Shown: positions 37,806-48,377 of the stretch, in pieces
Layout of the letters: each line of letters begins with the position of its first letter
Numbering within the stretch: the first letter of the stretch is position 1
Origin: an uncultured Actinomycetes bacterium
Lineage (GTDB): Bacteria > Actinomycetota > UBA4738 > HRBIN12
Direction of reading: 5' to 3'
NCBI GenBank assembly: GCA_963810915.1
Contig: CAWEPH010000005.1
Location: forward strand, 280,506 to 344,505
Length of the DNA: 64,000 nucleotides
Notes under the pieces: generated by a model
Databases searched by the model: none
The model's input: only the letters and a program-made list of their open reading frames with translations
What the model was told of the DNA's origin: nothing
Made by a program: the position numbers and the translations under genes

Positions 37806-37877
37806 GCCGGAGTAGCTCAGGGGCAGAGCAACCGCCTCGTAAGTGGTAGGTCGTGGGTTCAAATCCCACCTCCGGCT
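37806..37877 (+). tRNA. tRNA-Thr (anticodon CGU)
   Basis: Hand-folded cloverleaf. Acceptor GCCGGAG/CTCCGGC, D stem GCTC/GAGC, anticodon stem ACCGC/GTGGT with loop CTCGTAA, T arm GTGGG-TTCAAAT-CCCAC. No encoded CCA. Confidence 0.85.
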
Positions 37878-37926
37878 CTGGAGGGCCATCCCGAGTGAGG
37901 CACAGCTGTTGCTAGAATCCGCCGCG

Positions 37927-38631
37927 ATGAAGAGCCTCGGGAGATCCCTCGTCGTCCTGGCCGGTTCCGTCGCGGCGATGACGGCAGGTGCCGCAAGCCG
38001 CTTCGGCGCAGACGATGATCACGCCCTCGGTGACGCCCGTGGAGAACCCGGCGGCGAGCGGGCCCATCACGCCGTTCGGGATCCACACGAGCCTGGCGGT
38101 CCTCCTCGGGATCCTGGGCGTCGTCGTCGTGGTCGTGATCGTGGTCCTCTACCTGCGGTACGCGCCGCGCTTCGCCAAGGACGAGGAGTCGCTCAAGGTC
38201 GTGCGCGCGGATCGCGTCCGCATCGGCGAGGAACTACCCGCGCCGCAACGTCGATCTCACGCAGGCGGCGCCGGTGCTCGTGGCTCCTCCGGCGATCCCC
38301 GCCGCGGCCACGGCCGCCGTCGCAGCCGCAGCCCCCGCCGCTGCCGTCGTCGCCGCAGCCGCCGCCGGCCCCCGCGGCCGCCGCCGCCCCCGCAGCAGCG
38401 CCGCGCCCCAGCGCCGCCGAGGCGCCGCCGCCCCGCCGCCGCCGCAGCCCGCCGCCCCCGCACCGCCGGCCGAGCCGGCCGAGCGCGTCGAGGTCACGAT
38501 GGATCAAGAGGTCTTCGACAAGACGCTCGAGGAACTGCTCGCCGCCGGGCACCGACCGGCGGATCGCCGAAGGCAAGGCGCGCCGCGCCGGGATGATCGC
38601 CGCCAAGAAGAAGGCGGCGGGCGAGGGCTGA
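37927..38631 (+). CDS. Pro/Ala-rich single-pass membrane protein (at least three frame switches)
   Basis: Signal-like start MKSLGRSLVVLAGSVAAMTAG and TM helix LAVLLGILGVVVVVVIVVLYL. A GCC/CCG-repeat low-complexity core is followed by the conserved-looking tail EVFDKTLEELLAAG / RIAEGKARRAGMIAAKKKAAGEG, spread over three frames. Confidence 0.45.
   Translation: MKSLGRSLVVLAGSVAAMTAGAASRFGADDDHALGDARGEPGGERAHHAVRDPHEPGGPPRDPGRRRRGRDRGPLPAVRAALRQGRGVAQGRARGSRPHRRGTTRAATSISRRRRRCSWLLRRSPPRPRPPSQPQPPPLPSSPQPPPAPAAAAAPAAAPRPSAAEAPPPRRRRSPPPPHRRPSRPSASRSRWIKRSSTRRSRNCSPPGTDRRIAEGKARRAGMIAAKKKAAGEG
38285..38490. repeat. GCC/CCG triplet-rich low-complexity tract
   Basis: About 200 nt composed almost entirely of G and C. 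It is open in all six frames in the ORF track. Confidence 0.8.
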
Positions 38632-38647
38632 GCCCCCGCCACCCCCT

Positions 38648-39719
38648 ATGGGCGCAGCCCAGGTCGACTGGTCGATGGGGTCGGCGGCCGCCCGCCTCGC
38701 CGACTGGGATACCGCCCTGCAGTTCGGCAGGAAGGTGTCGGGTCCCGGGCCGGGCGTGCCCGCCGTGGAACGGGCGCGGATGCGCGAGGACTTCGCCGAG
38801 CTGGTGCCCCTCGCCGAGGACCTGATCAAGGCCTTCTGCGGGTTGGAGGTGAGCGGGTTCCGCTCGCGCGCCTGGGTGATGGCCCGGAGCGAGTGGATCC
38901 GGCAGAACCTCAACGGGGTCCAGCGTCTGCTCGAGCCGCTCGCGGAGCGGATGCTGGCGGACAAGAAGCAGCGCGCCGAGTACAAGCGCAAGGCCATGGG
39001 CGCGCAAGCGGGCGCGCTCTTCGGCTACGTGGCACGTCGCGTGCTCGGGCAGTACGACGTGTTCCTGCCTCCCGACGACGAGGGTCTCCTGTACTTCGTG
39101 GGCCCCAACGTCGCGGAGGTGGAGCGTCGGTTCCACATGCCGCCCCGCGACTTCCGACTCTGGATCTCGATCCACGAGGTCACCCACCGGGTCCAGTTCG
39201 GCGCGGCGCCGTGGTTGAAGCCCTATCTCGTCGGGTCTCGTCGACACCTACCTCGCGTCGATCTCGCTCGACTCGCGCGAGCTGATGGAGCAGCTGAAGC
39301 GCGCCGCCGAGGAGGCCCGCGCGGGCGCCGACGTGCGAGGCATGGGCGGGGTCTTCCTGCTGCTCTCCCCCGACCAGCGGGAGATCTTCGTGCGGATGCA
39401 GGGGATGATGGCGCTCCTCGAGGGTCACGCCTCGTTCGTGATGAACGAGGTGGCGCGCGATCACGTGCGCGACGTGGATCGGATGCGGCGCGCCCTCGCG
39501 ACCCGCCGCCGATCGAACGCAGCCGAGCGGACGCTCCAGCGTGCGATCGGGTTCGACCAGAAGATCAAGCAGTACGACACCGGCGAGCGGTTCGTGCGCG
39601 ACGTCATCGCGCGCGCCGGCATGGAGACCTTCAACCTCGTCTGGCGCTCCGCGGACCATCTCCCGTCCACCGAGGAGATCGCCGACCCGGAACGCTGGCT
39701 CGCCCGCGTCGAGGGCTGA
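38648..39719 (+). CDS. DUF2342-type putative zinc metalloprotease (Rv3626c position; frame switch near 39232)
   Basis: HExxH motif in WISIHEVTHRVQF. The second half (LLEGHASFVMNEV, GFDQKIKQYDTGERFV) lies in another frame. Confidence 0.75.
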
Positions 39720-39724
39720 GCTCG

Positions 39725-40722
39725 GTGCGGCGCCCGCCGTCCGTCGCCCGCGTGCTCCAACGCATCACCGCCACCGCACGGACCCACGACCTCTTCATCC
39801 CCGGGCGCGTCGTGCTGGTGGCGGTCTCGGGCGGTCCCGACTCCGTCTGCCTCCTCGAGTCGCTCGTGCGGCTCCGCCGGCTGTTCGGCTACGGGCTCGA
39901 GGTGGCGCACGTGGATCACCGGCTCCGCCCGGACTCCTCATGCGGACGCGGCCTACGTGCGCCGGCTGGCGGCCCGTCACGATCTCCCGTTCCATCTGCA
40001 CACGGTGTCGACCGCGCCCGCCGCCGGTTCCTCCGTGGAGGCGTGGGCCCGCCGGGAGCGCATCGAGGCCCTCGCCCGGTTCGCGCACGACCTGGACGCG
40101 GGCCGCATCGCGCTCGGACACACGCTCGACGACCAGGCCGAGACCGTGCTGCTCAACCTCGTCACCGGCTCGGGGTTGAGCGGGCTCGCGGGCATCCGCT
40201 ACGTCGCCGGGCCGTGGGCGAATCCGCTGCTCGACGTGACGCGGGACGAGGTTGAGGCGTTCTGTGCCTCGCTGCATCTGCGCCCACGTCGCGATCCCAC
40301 CAACGACGACACGCGGTTCCTCCGCAACGCGCTGCGCTTGGAGGGGCTCCCCGCACTCGAGCGTGCACTCGGCCGGAACCTGCGCGAGCCGCTCGCACGC
40401 ACGGCGTCGACGCTCGCCGAGGACGCCGAGGAGCTCGCCCGCCGGGCGACCGATGCGGCCGATGCGGTCCTCGCCGAGACCGCCGAGGGGGTCGACCTCG
40501 ACGCGGTCGGGCTCCTCGACCTCCCGCGAGCGATCGCCGCGCGGGTGGCGAGCCAGGCCGTGTACGCGTGCGGCGCCGTCTGCACGCGCGCCGACGTCGA
40601 GGCCGTCCTCGATCTCGCGTCGGGCAGACCCGGGCGCCGCCGCGACCTCTCCGACGGGGTGAAGCGCGCGCCGGGGACGCCATCACGTCCATCTGCTCCG
40701 CTCGCTAGACTCCGGGCCCTGA
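39725..40722 (+). CDS. tilS: tRNA(Ile)-lysidine synthetase (frame switches near 39932 and 40670)
   Basis: PP-loop VLVAVSGGPDSVCL and GHTLDDQAETVLLNL. The stop overlaps the hpt start (TGATG at 40720-40724). Confidence 0.8.
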
Positions 40723-41276
40723 TGGACGTCTACGCCTCCGACATCGAGAAGGTCCTGCATCTCCGCGGACGAGATCCAGGGCAAGCTCGCGGAGATGGGC
40801 GCGCGCATCACCCAGGACTACGCCGGATCGTCGCTGCTGCTCGTCGGGGTGCTGAAGGGCGCCTTCGTCGTCATGGCCGATCTGGCACGCTACGTGCACC
40901 TGCCGCTGGAGTTCGACTTCATGGCGGTGTCGTCCTACGGGGCGGCCACGAAGACCTCGGGCGTGGTGCGGATCCTGAAGGACCTCGACCACGAACTCGA
41001 GGGGCGCGACGTGCTGCTGGTCGAGGACATCGTGGACTCCGGGCTGACGCTCAAGTACCTGCTGAAGAACCTCGCCGCGCGCAAGCCCGCATCGTTGGAG
41101 GTGGCGGCCCTCCTGCGCAAGCAGGGGATCCAACAGGTCGAGCTCGACCTGCGGTACGTGGGCTTCGACATCCCCAACGAGTTCGTGGTCGGGCTACGGC
41201 CTCGACTTCGCGGAGAAGTATCGGAACCTCCCGTACGTGGCGACGCTCCGGCCCGGAGGCCTACGGCGGCGCCTGA
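40722..41276 (+). CDS. hpt: hypoxanthine-guanine phosphoribosyltransferase (three frame switches near 40758, 41194 and 41253)
   Basis: Reconstructed as [42 protein letters not shown], the PRPP motif [14 protein letters not shown], and [19 protein letters not shown]. Confidence 0.85.
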   Translation: MDVYASDIEKVLHLRGRDPGQARGDGRAHHPGLRRIVAAARRGAEGRLRRHGRSGTLRAPAAGVRLHGGVVLRGGHEDLGRGADPEGPRPRTRGARRAAGRGHRGLRADAQVPAEEPRRAQARIVGGGGPPAQAGDPTGRARPAVRGLRHPQRVRGRATASTSRRSIGTSRTWRRSGPEAYGGA

Positions 41277-41324
41277 TCCCGCGCGGCGGGAACCGTCGCA
41301 ATCGGCCGGCCCGTCCAACGAGCG

Positions 41325-41711
41325 ATGCGCCGATCCCTCATGCGCCGCGGCACTGCTCCTGCTCGCCGCGTGCGCGCACACGCCGGGAGACGGACCCTCG
41401 CCGATGCCGGGATCCGGTGCGCGCGGGACCGTCGTGTTCGGGCCCAACTGCCCCGTAGTGGTCGCGGGATCGCCCTGTCCCGGACCGACCGTGGCAGGGC
41501 AAGGTGCAGGCGTTCACCGTCGGCGGCGCGTTCGTGCGCGAGACGACCACGGACCGCCACGGTACGTTCGAGCTGCCGCTCGGCCCGGGCACGTACGACC
41601 TCATCCCGCTGACGCCCGACGGCCCGCCCACCGCGAAGATGCAACGCGTGACGGTGACCGCCGGCAGCTTCGTCTCGGTGACAGCTACAGGTGGACTCCG
41701 GCATCCGCTGA
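41325..41711 (+). CDS. putative lipoprotein with carboxypeptidase-regulatory-like fold (about three frame switches)
   Basis: MRRSLMRRG followed after a shift by ALLLLAAC (lipobox). Later [20 protein letters not shown], ending ...VDSGIR. Reconstruction is tentative. Confidence 0.35.
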
Positions 41712-41845
41712 GCCCGGGCGTCCTTGTCCTGACCCGGTGCTACCATCGGAAACGGCCTGGCGCGCGTCCGTGCGTCCGGCCCGAGTGTCCCTGAAACCGA
41801 CTCCGCCCGCGCGTACGCACTCGAGCACACCGACAGGAGCCCGAT

Positions 41846-43789
41846 CTGAGCAGCACGCCACCGGTCTCGCCGCTCAAGCGCTTCGGCCGTGCCCCCACCA
41901 TCTGGATCGTGGCAGGGACACTTCTGTTCTTGCTGATCCTCACGTTCGCGGGGCGCTCGACCTCGTCCAAGGAGCTGAAGTTCTCCGAGTTCGAGCAGGC
42001 ACTCTCCAACGGCGACGTCAAGACGGCGCAGATCTTGGAGGGCGACCACAAGGTCGTCGGGGAGCTGCAGGACGGCACGAAGTACTGGGCCGCGTTCACG
42101 GGGGAGTTTGCCGACGAGCTCCAGACGCAGCTCGACAAGGCCGGACGTGCCCAACAGCACGGACCCCCAGAAGCCGAACCAGCTGATCGGGACGTTCGTG
42201 ACCGTGCTCCTGCCGGTGCTGCTGATCGCGGGTGTGCTGATCTGGGTGATGAACCGTTCGCAGGGCGGCAGCGGCCGCGTGATGCAGTTCGGTCGCAGCA
42301 AGCACAAGGTCGTCAGCAAGGACCAGCCCAAGACGACGTTCAAGGACGTCGCCGGCGTCGACGAGGCCATCGAGGAGCTCGAGGAGGTGAAGGACTTCCT
42401 CCAGGATCCCGGCAAGTTCAAGGCGATGGGCGCCAAGATCCCGCGTGGCGTGCTCCTGTTCGGCCCGCCGGGCACCGGGAAGACGCTGCTCGCGCGCGCG
42501 GTGGCCGGCGAGGCCGGCGTGCCCTTCTTCCAGATCAGCGGGTCGGACTTCGTGGAGATGTTCGTCGGCGTGGGGCGGCGCGCGTGCGCGACCTCTTCGA
42601 GCAGGCGAAGGCGAGCGCGCCCGCCATCGTGTTCATCGACGAGATCGACGCCGTCGGACGCCAGCGCGGGGCCGGGATGGGCGGTGGCCACGACGAACGT
42701 GAGCAGACGCTGAACCAGCTCCTCGTCGAGATGGACGGGTTCGATCAACGCAGCACCGTGATCCTGATGGCGGCGACGAACCGGCCCGACATCCTCGACC
42801 CGGCCCTGCTGCGCCCGGGACGGTTCGATCGGCAGGTCGTGATCGACCGGCCGGACCTCGAGGGCCGCAAGGCCATCCTGCGGGTGCACGCGCGCGGCAA
42901 GCCCTTCGACGCCTCGGTGCACCTCGACGTGCTCGCGCGACGCACGCCGGGGTTCACGGGCGCCGACCTCGCCAACGTGATCAACGAGTCCGCGCTCCTG
43001 GCCGCCCGCCGCAACAAACGGGCGATCTCGATGTCCGAGATCGAGGAGGCCGTCGACCGCGTGATGGCGGGTCCCGAGCGCAAGACGCGCGTGATGGATG
43101 AGCAGGAGCGGCGGTTGATCGCTTACCACGAGGGCGGTCATGCGCTGGTCGCGCACGTCCTGCCCAACACCGACGAGGTGCACAAGATCACGGTGATCCC
43201 GCGCGGGCGCGCCCTCGGCTACACGCTCACGTTGCCCGAGCAGGACAAGTTCCTGATGACCCGCGAGCAGCTGCGCGATGAGCTCGCCATGCTGATGGGC
43301 GGCCGCGTGGCCGAGGAGATCGTTGCGGGGGACGTCACGACGGGCGCCGGCAACGACATCGAACGCGCCACCAAGGTGGCGCGCCAGATGGTCACCGAGT
43401 ACGGCATGTCCGACGTGATCGGTCCCCGCACACTCGGCGTCAAGCAGGGCGAGGTGTTCCTCGGCCGTGACTGGGGGTCCACGCCCGACTACTCCGACGC
43501 CGTCGCGCTGGAGATCGACACCGAGGTGCGCGCGCTGATCGACGAGGCTCACGATGTCGCCCTCGACATCCTCACGGAGCACCGAGGCAAGCTCGACAGC
43601 CTGGCGGAGCGGCTGGTGGCGGAGGAGACGCTCGACCGCGAGGAGGTGCTGAAGTTCTTCGCGGACATCCCCAAGCGCTCGCCTCGGCCGACCGAGGTCC
43701 GCGGTGCGGCCCTCGCGGTGTCGCGCCAGTCCATGCAATCAGAGCCGGGCAAGGGGCCATCGACGCCCGGGACGCTCGGACCACGCTGA
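41846..43789 (+). CDS. ftsH: ATP-dependent zinc metalloprotease FtsH (frame switches near 42145 and 42572)
   Basis: Walker [35 protein letters not shown], the SRH region, and the zinc site [10 protein letters not shown]. The start is uncertain (CTG at 41846, 6 nt after AGGAG, or GTG at 41909). Confidence 0.9.
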   Translation: MSSTPPVSPLKRFGRAPTIWIVAGTLLFLLILTFAGRSTSSKELKFSEFEQALSNGDVKTAQILEGDHKVVGELQDGTKYWAAFTGEFADELQTQLDKAGRAQQHGPPEAEPADRDVRDRAPAGAADRGCADLGDEPFAGRQRPRDAVRSQQAQGRQQGPAQDDVQGRRRRRRGHRGARGGEGLPPGSRQVQGDGRQDPAWRAPVRPAGHREDAARARGGRRGRRALLPDQRVGLRGDVRRRGAARVRDLFEQAKASAPAIVFIDEIDAVGRQRGAGMGGGHDEREQTLNQLLVEMDGFDQRSTVILMAATNRPDILDPALLRPGRFDRQVVIDRPDLEGRKAILRVHARGKPFDASVHLDVLARRTPGFTGADLANVINESALLAARRNKRAISMSEIEEAVDRVMAGPERKTRVMDEQERRLIAYHEGGHALVAHVLPNTDEVHKITVIPRGRALGYTLTLPEQDKFLMTREQLRDELAMLMGGRVAEEIVAGDVTTGAGNDIERATKVARQMVTEYGMSDVIGPRTLGVKQGEVFLGRDWGSTPDYSDAVALEIDTEVRALIDEAHDVALDILTEHRGKLDSLAERLVAEETLDREEVLKFFADIPKRSPRPTEVRGAALAVSRQSMQSEPGKGPSTPGTLGPR

Positions 43790-43807
43790 CTCCGTAGACT
43801 CCGAAGC

Positions 43808-44470
43808 ATGACCGACCGCTGGGCGACCTTCGACTGCTACGGCACGCTCGTCGACTGGTTCGGGGGCACCCGCTCCACCCTCGCGCGATTGTGGCCCGAC
43901 GCCGATGCCGAAAGGCTGCTCGCGCGGTACCACGCGGTCGAGCCGACCGTGCAAGCCGGCCGCGGGATCGCGTACCGGCAGGTGATGGCCGAGACGCTCG
44001 CCGGCGTCGCGTCCTCGGAAGGGCTCGAGATCCCCGCCGGCGAGGAGGACGCGCTCGCGGTCTCGTTGCCGGCGTGGCCCGTGTTCCCCGATGTCCCACC
44101 GGCGCTCCTCGGGCTCCGCGACCGCGGGTGGAAGCTGGCGATCCTGTCGAACACCGACGCCGACCTGCTCGATGCCTCGCTGCTCGCCATCGGCGTTCCG
44201 GTTGATCTCCGGATCGTGGCCTCGGAGGTCGGCAGCTACAAGCCGGCGTTCGGGCACTGGGAGGCGTTCTTCCGCGAGACGGGGGCCGATCGCGCGCGCC
44301 ACGTGCACGTCGCCGCCTCGCTCTTCCACGACGTGGAGCCCTGCGCCGCACTCGGTCTGCCGTGCGTCTGGATCAACCGGCAGGGTGAGTCGAGCGACCT
44401 GCCGCGCGCGGGAGAGCGTCCGGATCTCGGCGGACTCCCCGACGCGCTCGATGCGTTGGTTCCCGCCTGA
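43808..44470 (+). CDS. HAD-superfamily hydrolase (haloacid dehalogenase type II-like)
   Basis: Motif I FDCYGTLVDW, then ILSNTD and GSYKP. Confidence 0.8.
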   Translation: MTDRWATFDCYGTLVDWFGGTRSTLARLWPDADAERLLARYHAVEPTVQAGRGIAYRQVMAETLAGVASSEGLEIPAGEEDALAVSLPAWPVFPDVPPALLGLRDRGWKLAILSNTDADLLDASLLAIGVPVDLRIVASEVGSYKPAFGHWEAFFRETGADRARHVHVAASLFHDVEPCAALGLPCVWINRQGESSDLPRAGERPDLGGLPDALDALVPA

Positions 44471-44512
44471 CCTGAGCCGCACGCGAGTCCGCCCTCGGCC
44501 TAGACTCCTGGC

Positions 44513-45052
44513 ATGCAGCGGGTCGAGCCGCAGGATCTCTACGCCGTGCTGGGCGTCGGGCCTGAAGCGTCGGCGTCCGCCATCCGCCACGCCTACCGCG
44601 CCCTCGCCCGTCGGCTGCACCCCGATGTCAACGCGGGAGCTACGGAGGCGTTCCGGCGGGTCGCCGACGCGTATCGGGTCCTGGGCGACGACCGGCGCCG
44701 CCACGCCTACGACGTGCAGCGCGCGGACGCCTTCCGCCGATCGGGCCCGACCGCGGAACGCCGCGCGCCGGGGCCGACGGGCAACATCGGCGTGGCGCGC
44801 CCGTACCACGCCGCTCCCATCCCGCGAACCCCCGACGCCGAGCCCGGGATCGACGAATGGCGGATCCTCGGATGGGTGGGCCGCACGATCGCGGCCGCGG
44901 TGGTGCTCGCGATGGTCGTGATCGTGGCGGCCGCGTTGATCCTCGGGGGCGGGAGCAGCACCGTGGCGACGCCGGGTCCCGAGATCGGCACGGTCTGCCA
45001 GACCCCCGATGGATGGGTGGACTGCCACCTGCTGGATCCGCGCCTGCCGTGA
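44513..45052 (+). CDS. J-domain membrane protein
   Basis: DLYAVLGV...LHPDVN...AYRVLGD is followed by a TM helix (IAAAVVLAMVVIVAAALIL). Confidence 0.75.
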   Translation: MQRVEPQDLYAVLGVGPEASASAIRHAYRALARRLHPDVNAGATEAFRRVADAYRVLGDDRRRHAYDVQRADAFRRSGPTAERRAPGPTGNIGVARPYHAAPIPRTPDAEPGIDEWRILGWVGRTIAAAVVLAMVVIVAAALILGGGSSTVATPGPEIGTVCQTPDGWVDCHLLDPRLP

Positions 45053-45080
45053 TCCGGCGGGTTGCCGATAGGATGCGCGC

Positions 45081-45659
45081 GTGACCAGCGATCGCTTCGA
45101 CGAGGACAAGATCGCGGAGGGTGTCCGTCTGATCCTGGACGGGATCGGCGAGGACGTCGACCGCGGAGGTCTGAAGGAGACCCCCCACCGCGTGGCGCGG
45201 ATGTACCGGGAGATCTGCGCCGGCGTCGGCGAGGATCCCACGGAGCTCGTCACCGTCGTCGAGGGCGCGGACTTCGACGAGATGATCATGGTGCGCGACA
45301 TCCCGCTGTCGTCGCTGTGCGAGCACCACCTGATCCCCTTCAACGGGCGTGCCCACGTGGCCTACGTGCCCAACAAGTCGGGCCACATCACGGGCCTGTC
45401 GAAGATCGCCCGCGTCGTGGACGTCCTGGCGAAGAAGCCGCAGGTCCAGGAACGGCTCACCACGGAGATCGCCGACACGATCGAGCGTGCGCTGGACCCC
45501 CGTGGCGTGTTCGTCGTGATCGAAGCCGAACACCTCTGCATGACGATGCGCGGGATCAAGAAGCCGGGATCGATCACGGTGACGTCGGCGGTCCGCGGGC
45601 TCTTCCGCACGGACGCGCGTACGCGTCAGGAGGCCATGAACCACATCGGCATGCGCTAG
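45081..45659 (+). CDS. folE: GTP cyclohydrolase I
   Basis: [23 protein letters not shown] and HLCMTMRGI motifs. GTG start. Confidence 0.95.
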   Translation: MTSDRFDEDKIAEGVRLILDGIGEDVDRGGLKETPHRVARMYREICAGVGEDPTELVTVVEGADFDEMIMVRDIPLSSLCEHHLIPFNGRAHVAYVPNKSGHITGLSKIARVVDVLAKKPQVQERLTTEIADTIERALDPRGVFVVIEAEHLCMTMRGIKKPGSITVTSAVRGLFRTDARTRQEAMNHIGMR

Positions 45660-45676
45660 GTACGCGCACCGCTACG

Positions 45677-46544
45677 ATGGACCGCATGGCCGAGGGCTCC
45701 GTATGGCGCTGCCGTGAGCACGCGTTCCCCCTCGGGGAGCGCACGATGCTCATGGGCATCGTGAACGTGACGCCCGACTCGTTCAGCGACGGCGGTCGGT
45801 TCCTCGGCGCGGCCGACGCGGTCGACCACGCGCTGCGGATGGCCGCCGACGGGGCGGACATCCTCGACGTGGGAGGGGAGTCGACGCGACCCGGCGCCGA
45901 GGATGTTTCGGTCGCCGAGGAGCTCGGGCGCGTGCTTCCGGTGATCGAGGGGATCCGCGCGGAGCTCCCCCACGTCCCGCTGAGCGTCGACACGCGCAGG
46001 GCGGAGGTGGCCCGGCGAGGCGATCGCGGCCGGCGCGGCCATCGTGAACGACGTCTCCGCCGCGGCCGATCCCGAGATGCTGCCGCTCGTGAGGGAGGCG
46101 GGGGTCGGCATCGTGCTGATGCACATGAAGGGCGAGCCCAAGACGATGCAGGAGCGTCCGACCTACGAGGACGTCGTCGCCGAGGTGCGGACGTTCCTCG
46201 CGGCACGGCTCGGCGCGGCCGTCGCCGCGGGCGTGCCGCGCGACCGGCTCTGCGTTGACCCCGGCATCGGGTTCGGCAAGAACCTCCATCACAACCTGGA
46301 GCTCCTGCGGCACATCGGATCCTTCCGGGACCTCCGTGTCCCGGTCTTGGTCGGTGCCTCCCGCAAGCGATTCATCGGCGAGCTGACCGGGGTCGACGAC
46401 CCGGCCCAGCGGGTGGAGGGGACCGCAGGAGCCGTGGCCTGGTGCGCGGGCCAAGGGGTCGACGTCGTGCGCGTGCACGACGTCCGGGAGATGGCGCGCG
46501 TGGTGCGCGTGGTGGATGCGATCACCCGCGGAGGCCCCCCGTGA
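45677..46544 (+). CDS. folP: dihydropteroate synthase (frame switch near 46018)
   Basis: MGIVNVTPDSFSDGG, DVGGESTRPGA, NDVS and DPGIGFGK motifs. Confidence 0.9.
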
Positions 46545-47515
46545 CCGATGCGGGCCTCGCCACGCGGCGGCGAGTGCGCACCTCGGGCGGGGACATCGCG
46601 TTCACGGACGTGGGCGAGGGACCCGCGGTCCTGCTCCTGCATACCGTGCCGCTGTGGTCGTTCCAGTGGCGGCAGTACGTTCCGATGCTCGCGCCTCGCC
46701 ACCGTGTGATCGCGCCCGACCTGATCGGCGCGGGCGACTCGGCCATGCCCGAGGATCGGGCACTCGATATCCGGGCGCAGGCGGGCTACCTCCGGGAGCT
46801 ACTGGCGCATCTCGAGATCGAGCGGTTCGCCGTCGTCGGACACGGGGTGGGCGGAGGCATCGCGCAGCTGCTCGCCCTCGACGGCGACGAGGTCGAGGCC
46901 ATGGTGCTGATCGACTCGGCGGCGTTCGGCCACTGGCCCTCGGACAGCGCTCGGGAACTGCGCGATCGCGTGCGGGAGGTGGAGCCCACGTCCGCGTTCG
47001 CCTCGGCCGTGGTGCGCACGGCCTTCGACGTGGCGATGCGTCACCGGACCATGCTCAGCGACGACCTGGTGAGCACTTACGCGCGGCCTTACGCCGAGAC
47101 GCCGGCCGCCCTCCTCCGGATCGTGAACGGCCTCGACGGCGTCGGGCTCACCGGGCGTGAGGCGGAGTTCGAAGCGCTCTCGATGCCCGTGCTCATCCTG
47201 TGGGGAGAGGACGACCCGTTCTTCCCGCCCACGATCGCCGAGGAGCTCAACGCCGCGATCCCGTCCTCCACGCTCGGGTTGATCCCCGGTTGCGGGCACT
47301 ACCTCCCGGACGAGGTCGTCCCGACCCTGGGACCCTTGCTCACCGAGTATCTCCGTGCGATGTACCTGCGCGCACCGCACGGTCACACCGGTGCGAAGGA
47401 GGGCGTCGTCATGCTCCAGCTCGAGCGCCGGCCTCCCTGGGTGGACCTCGCCGAGGACGAGGCCGACGATTGGTTCGTCGAGGACGACGATGACGACGAA
47501 GGGGGTCGCACGTGA
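46541..47515 (+). CDS. alpha/beta-hydrolase-fold protein with Gly in place of the nucleophile Ser and an acidic C-terminal tail
   Basis: GTG overlaps the folP stop (GTGA) and its own stop overlaps the folB start. Oxyanion region LLLHTVP. The nucleophile elbow reads VVGHGVGGG rather than GHSxGG. Asp (WGEDDPFF) and His (GCGHYLPDE) are retained. The tail is EDEADDWFVEDDDDDE. Confidence 0.75.
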   Translation: MTDAGLATRRRVRTSGGDIAFTDVGEGPAVLLLHTVPLWSFQWRQYVPMLAPRHRVIAPDLIGAGDSAMPEDRALDIRAQAGYLRELLAHLEIERFAVVGHGVGGGIAQLLALDGDEVEAMVLIDSAAFGHWPSDSARELRDRVREVEPTSAFASAVVRTAFDVAMRHRTMLSDDLVSTYARPYAETPAALLRIVNGLDGVGLTGREAEFEALSMPVLILWGEDDPFFPPTIAEELNAAIPSSTLGLIPGCGHYLPDEVVPTLGPLLTEYLRAMYLRAPHGHTGAKEGVVMLQLERRPPWVDLAEDEADDWFVEDDDDDEGGRT

Positions 47516-47871
47516 GCACGTCCCGCCTGTTCCTGTCCGGTATCCGAGCGAGCGGTCACCACGGCGCGCGGCCCGGTGAGAAGGACGAGCCGCAGGAGAT
47601 CGTCGTGGATCTGGATCTCGAGGTCGACGTCGCGCAGGATGCGATCGGAGCTACCGCGGACTACCGGGGCGTCACGGAGTCGGTCCGCGCGGTGGTGCGC
47701 GATCGTTCGTTCGACCTGATCGAGATGATGGCGCGGGCGATCGCCGAGGAGATCGTGACGATGGATCACGTGATCCGCGTGACGGCGTTGGTCCACAAGC
47801 CGAACGCGGCGCGACGCCTCGAGATCGACGGGGTCACCGCGGCCGCGACGGCCGAGGCCGGCGGGGGGTAA
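47512..47871 (+). CDS. folB: dihydroneopterin aldolase
   Basis: 119 aa between folP and folK. Pattern GHHGARPGEKDEPQEIVVDL.....DY is present. Confidence 0.85.
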   Translation: MSTSRLFLSGIRASGHHGARPGEKDEPQEIVVDLDLEVDVAQDAIGATADYRGVTESVRAVVRDRSFDLIEMMARAIAEEIVTMDHVIRVTALVHKPNAARRLEIDGVTAAATAEAGGG

Positions 47872-47876
47872 GGGCC

Positions 47877-48377
47877 GTGGAGGCCTACCTCGGGATCGGG
47901 TCGAACCTGGGGGATCGTCTCGCGAACCTGCAGGCCGCGGTCGATGCATTGAACGCCGAGGCGGGGACGCATGTCGCTGCCTGCTCGCGGGTCTGGGAAA
48001 CGGATCCGGTGGGTGGTCCTCCGCAACCCGACTTCCTCAACGTGGTGGTCAGGCTGGAAACGGATCTCGACCCGCACGGTCTGCTAGAGGCCGCGCACCG
48101 GGCGGAATCGGCCCTCGGACGGGTGCGCGACGTGCGTTGGGGCCCGCGCACCGTCGACGTGGACATCCTCCTGATCGACGGGCTCACACTCGACGATCCC
48201 GACCTGATCGTGCCGCACCCGCGCATGACCCAACGCGCGTTCGTCCTGTTGCCGCTGCTCGACCTGGATCCCGAGGCGCGGCTCCCGGACGGCACGCGCC
48301 TCGTCGATCTCCCGCTCGGTCCCGACGCGGCGGGAGGAGCCCGCCCGTTCGCACCTCCGCTGGTGACCGCCGCATGA
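47877..48377 (+). CDS. folK: 2-amino-4-hydroxy-6-hydroxymethyldihydropteridine pyrophosphokinase
   Basis: AYLGIGSNLGDR, RWGPRTVDVDILL and VPHPRM motifs. Confidence 0.9.
   Translation: MEAYLGIGSNLGDRLANLQAAVDALNAEAGTHVAACSRVWETDPVGGPPQPDFLNVVVRLETDLDPHGLLEAAHRAESALGRVRDVRWGPRTVDVDILLIDGLTLDDPDLIVPHPRMTQRAFVLLPLLDLDPEARLPDGTRLVDLPLGPDAAGGARPFAPPLVTAA

Noticed and set aside
38285-38490. Repeat-rich tract considered as a CRISPR array, microsatellite locus or mobile-element end next to tRNA-Thr.
   Set aside because: There is no regular repeat-spacer periodicity, no integrase or transposase nearby, and no copy of the tRNA 3-prime end that I could see. It is consistent with Pro/Ala low-complexity coding sequence.
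41261-43738. Very long antisense ORFs. Examples: 825 aa opposite ftsH; 32948..35539 at 863 aa opposite the kinase; 17331..19403 at 690 aa; 48938..50893 at 651 aa; 55103..56836 at 577 aa opposite clpC.
   Set aside because: They have Arg/Gly/Pro/Asp-rich composition with no recognisable motifs. Each lies opposite a gene with clear family signatures. Stop-poor antisense frames are expected at this GC content.
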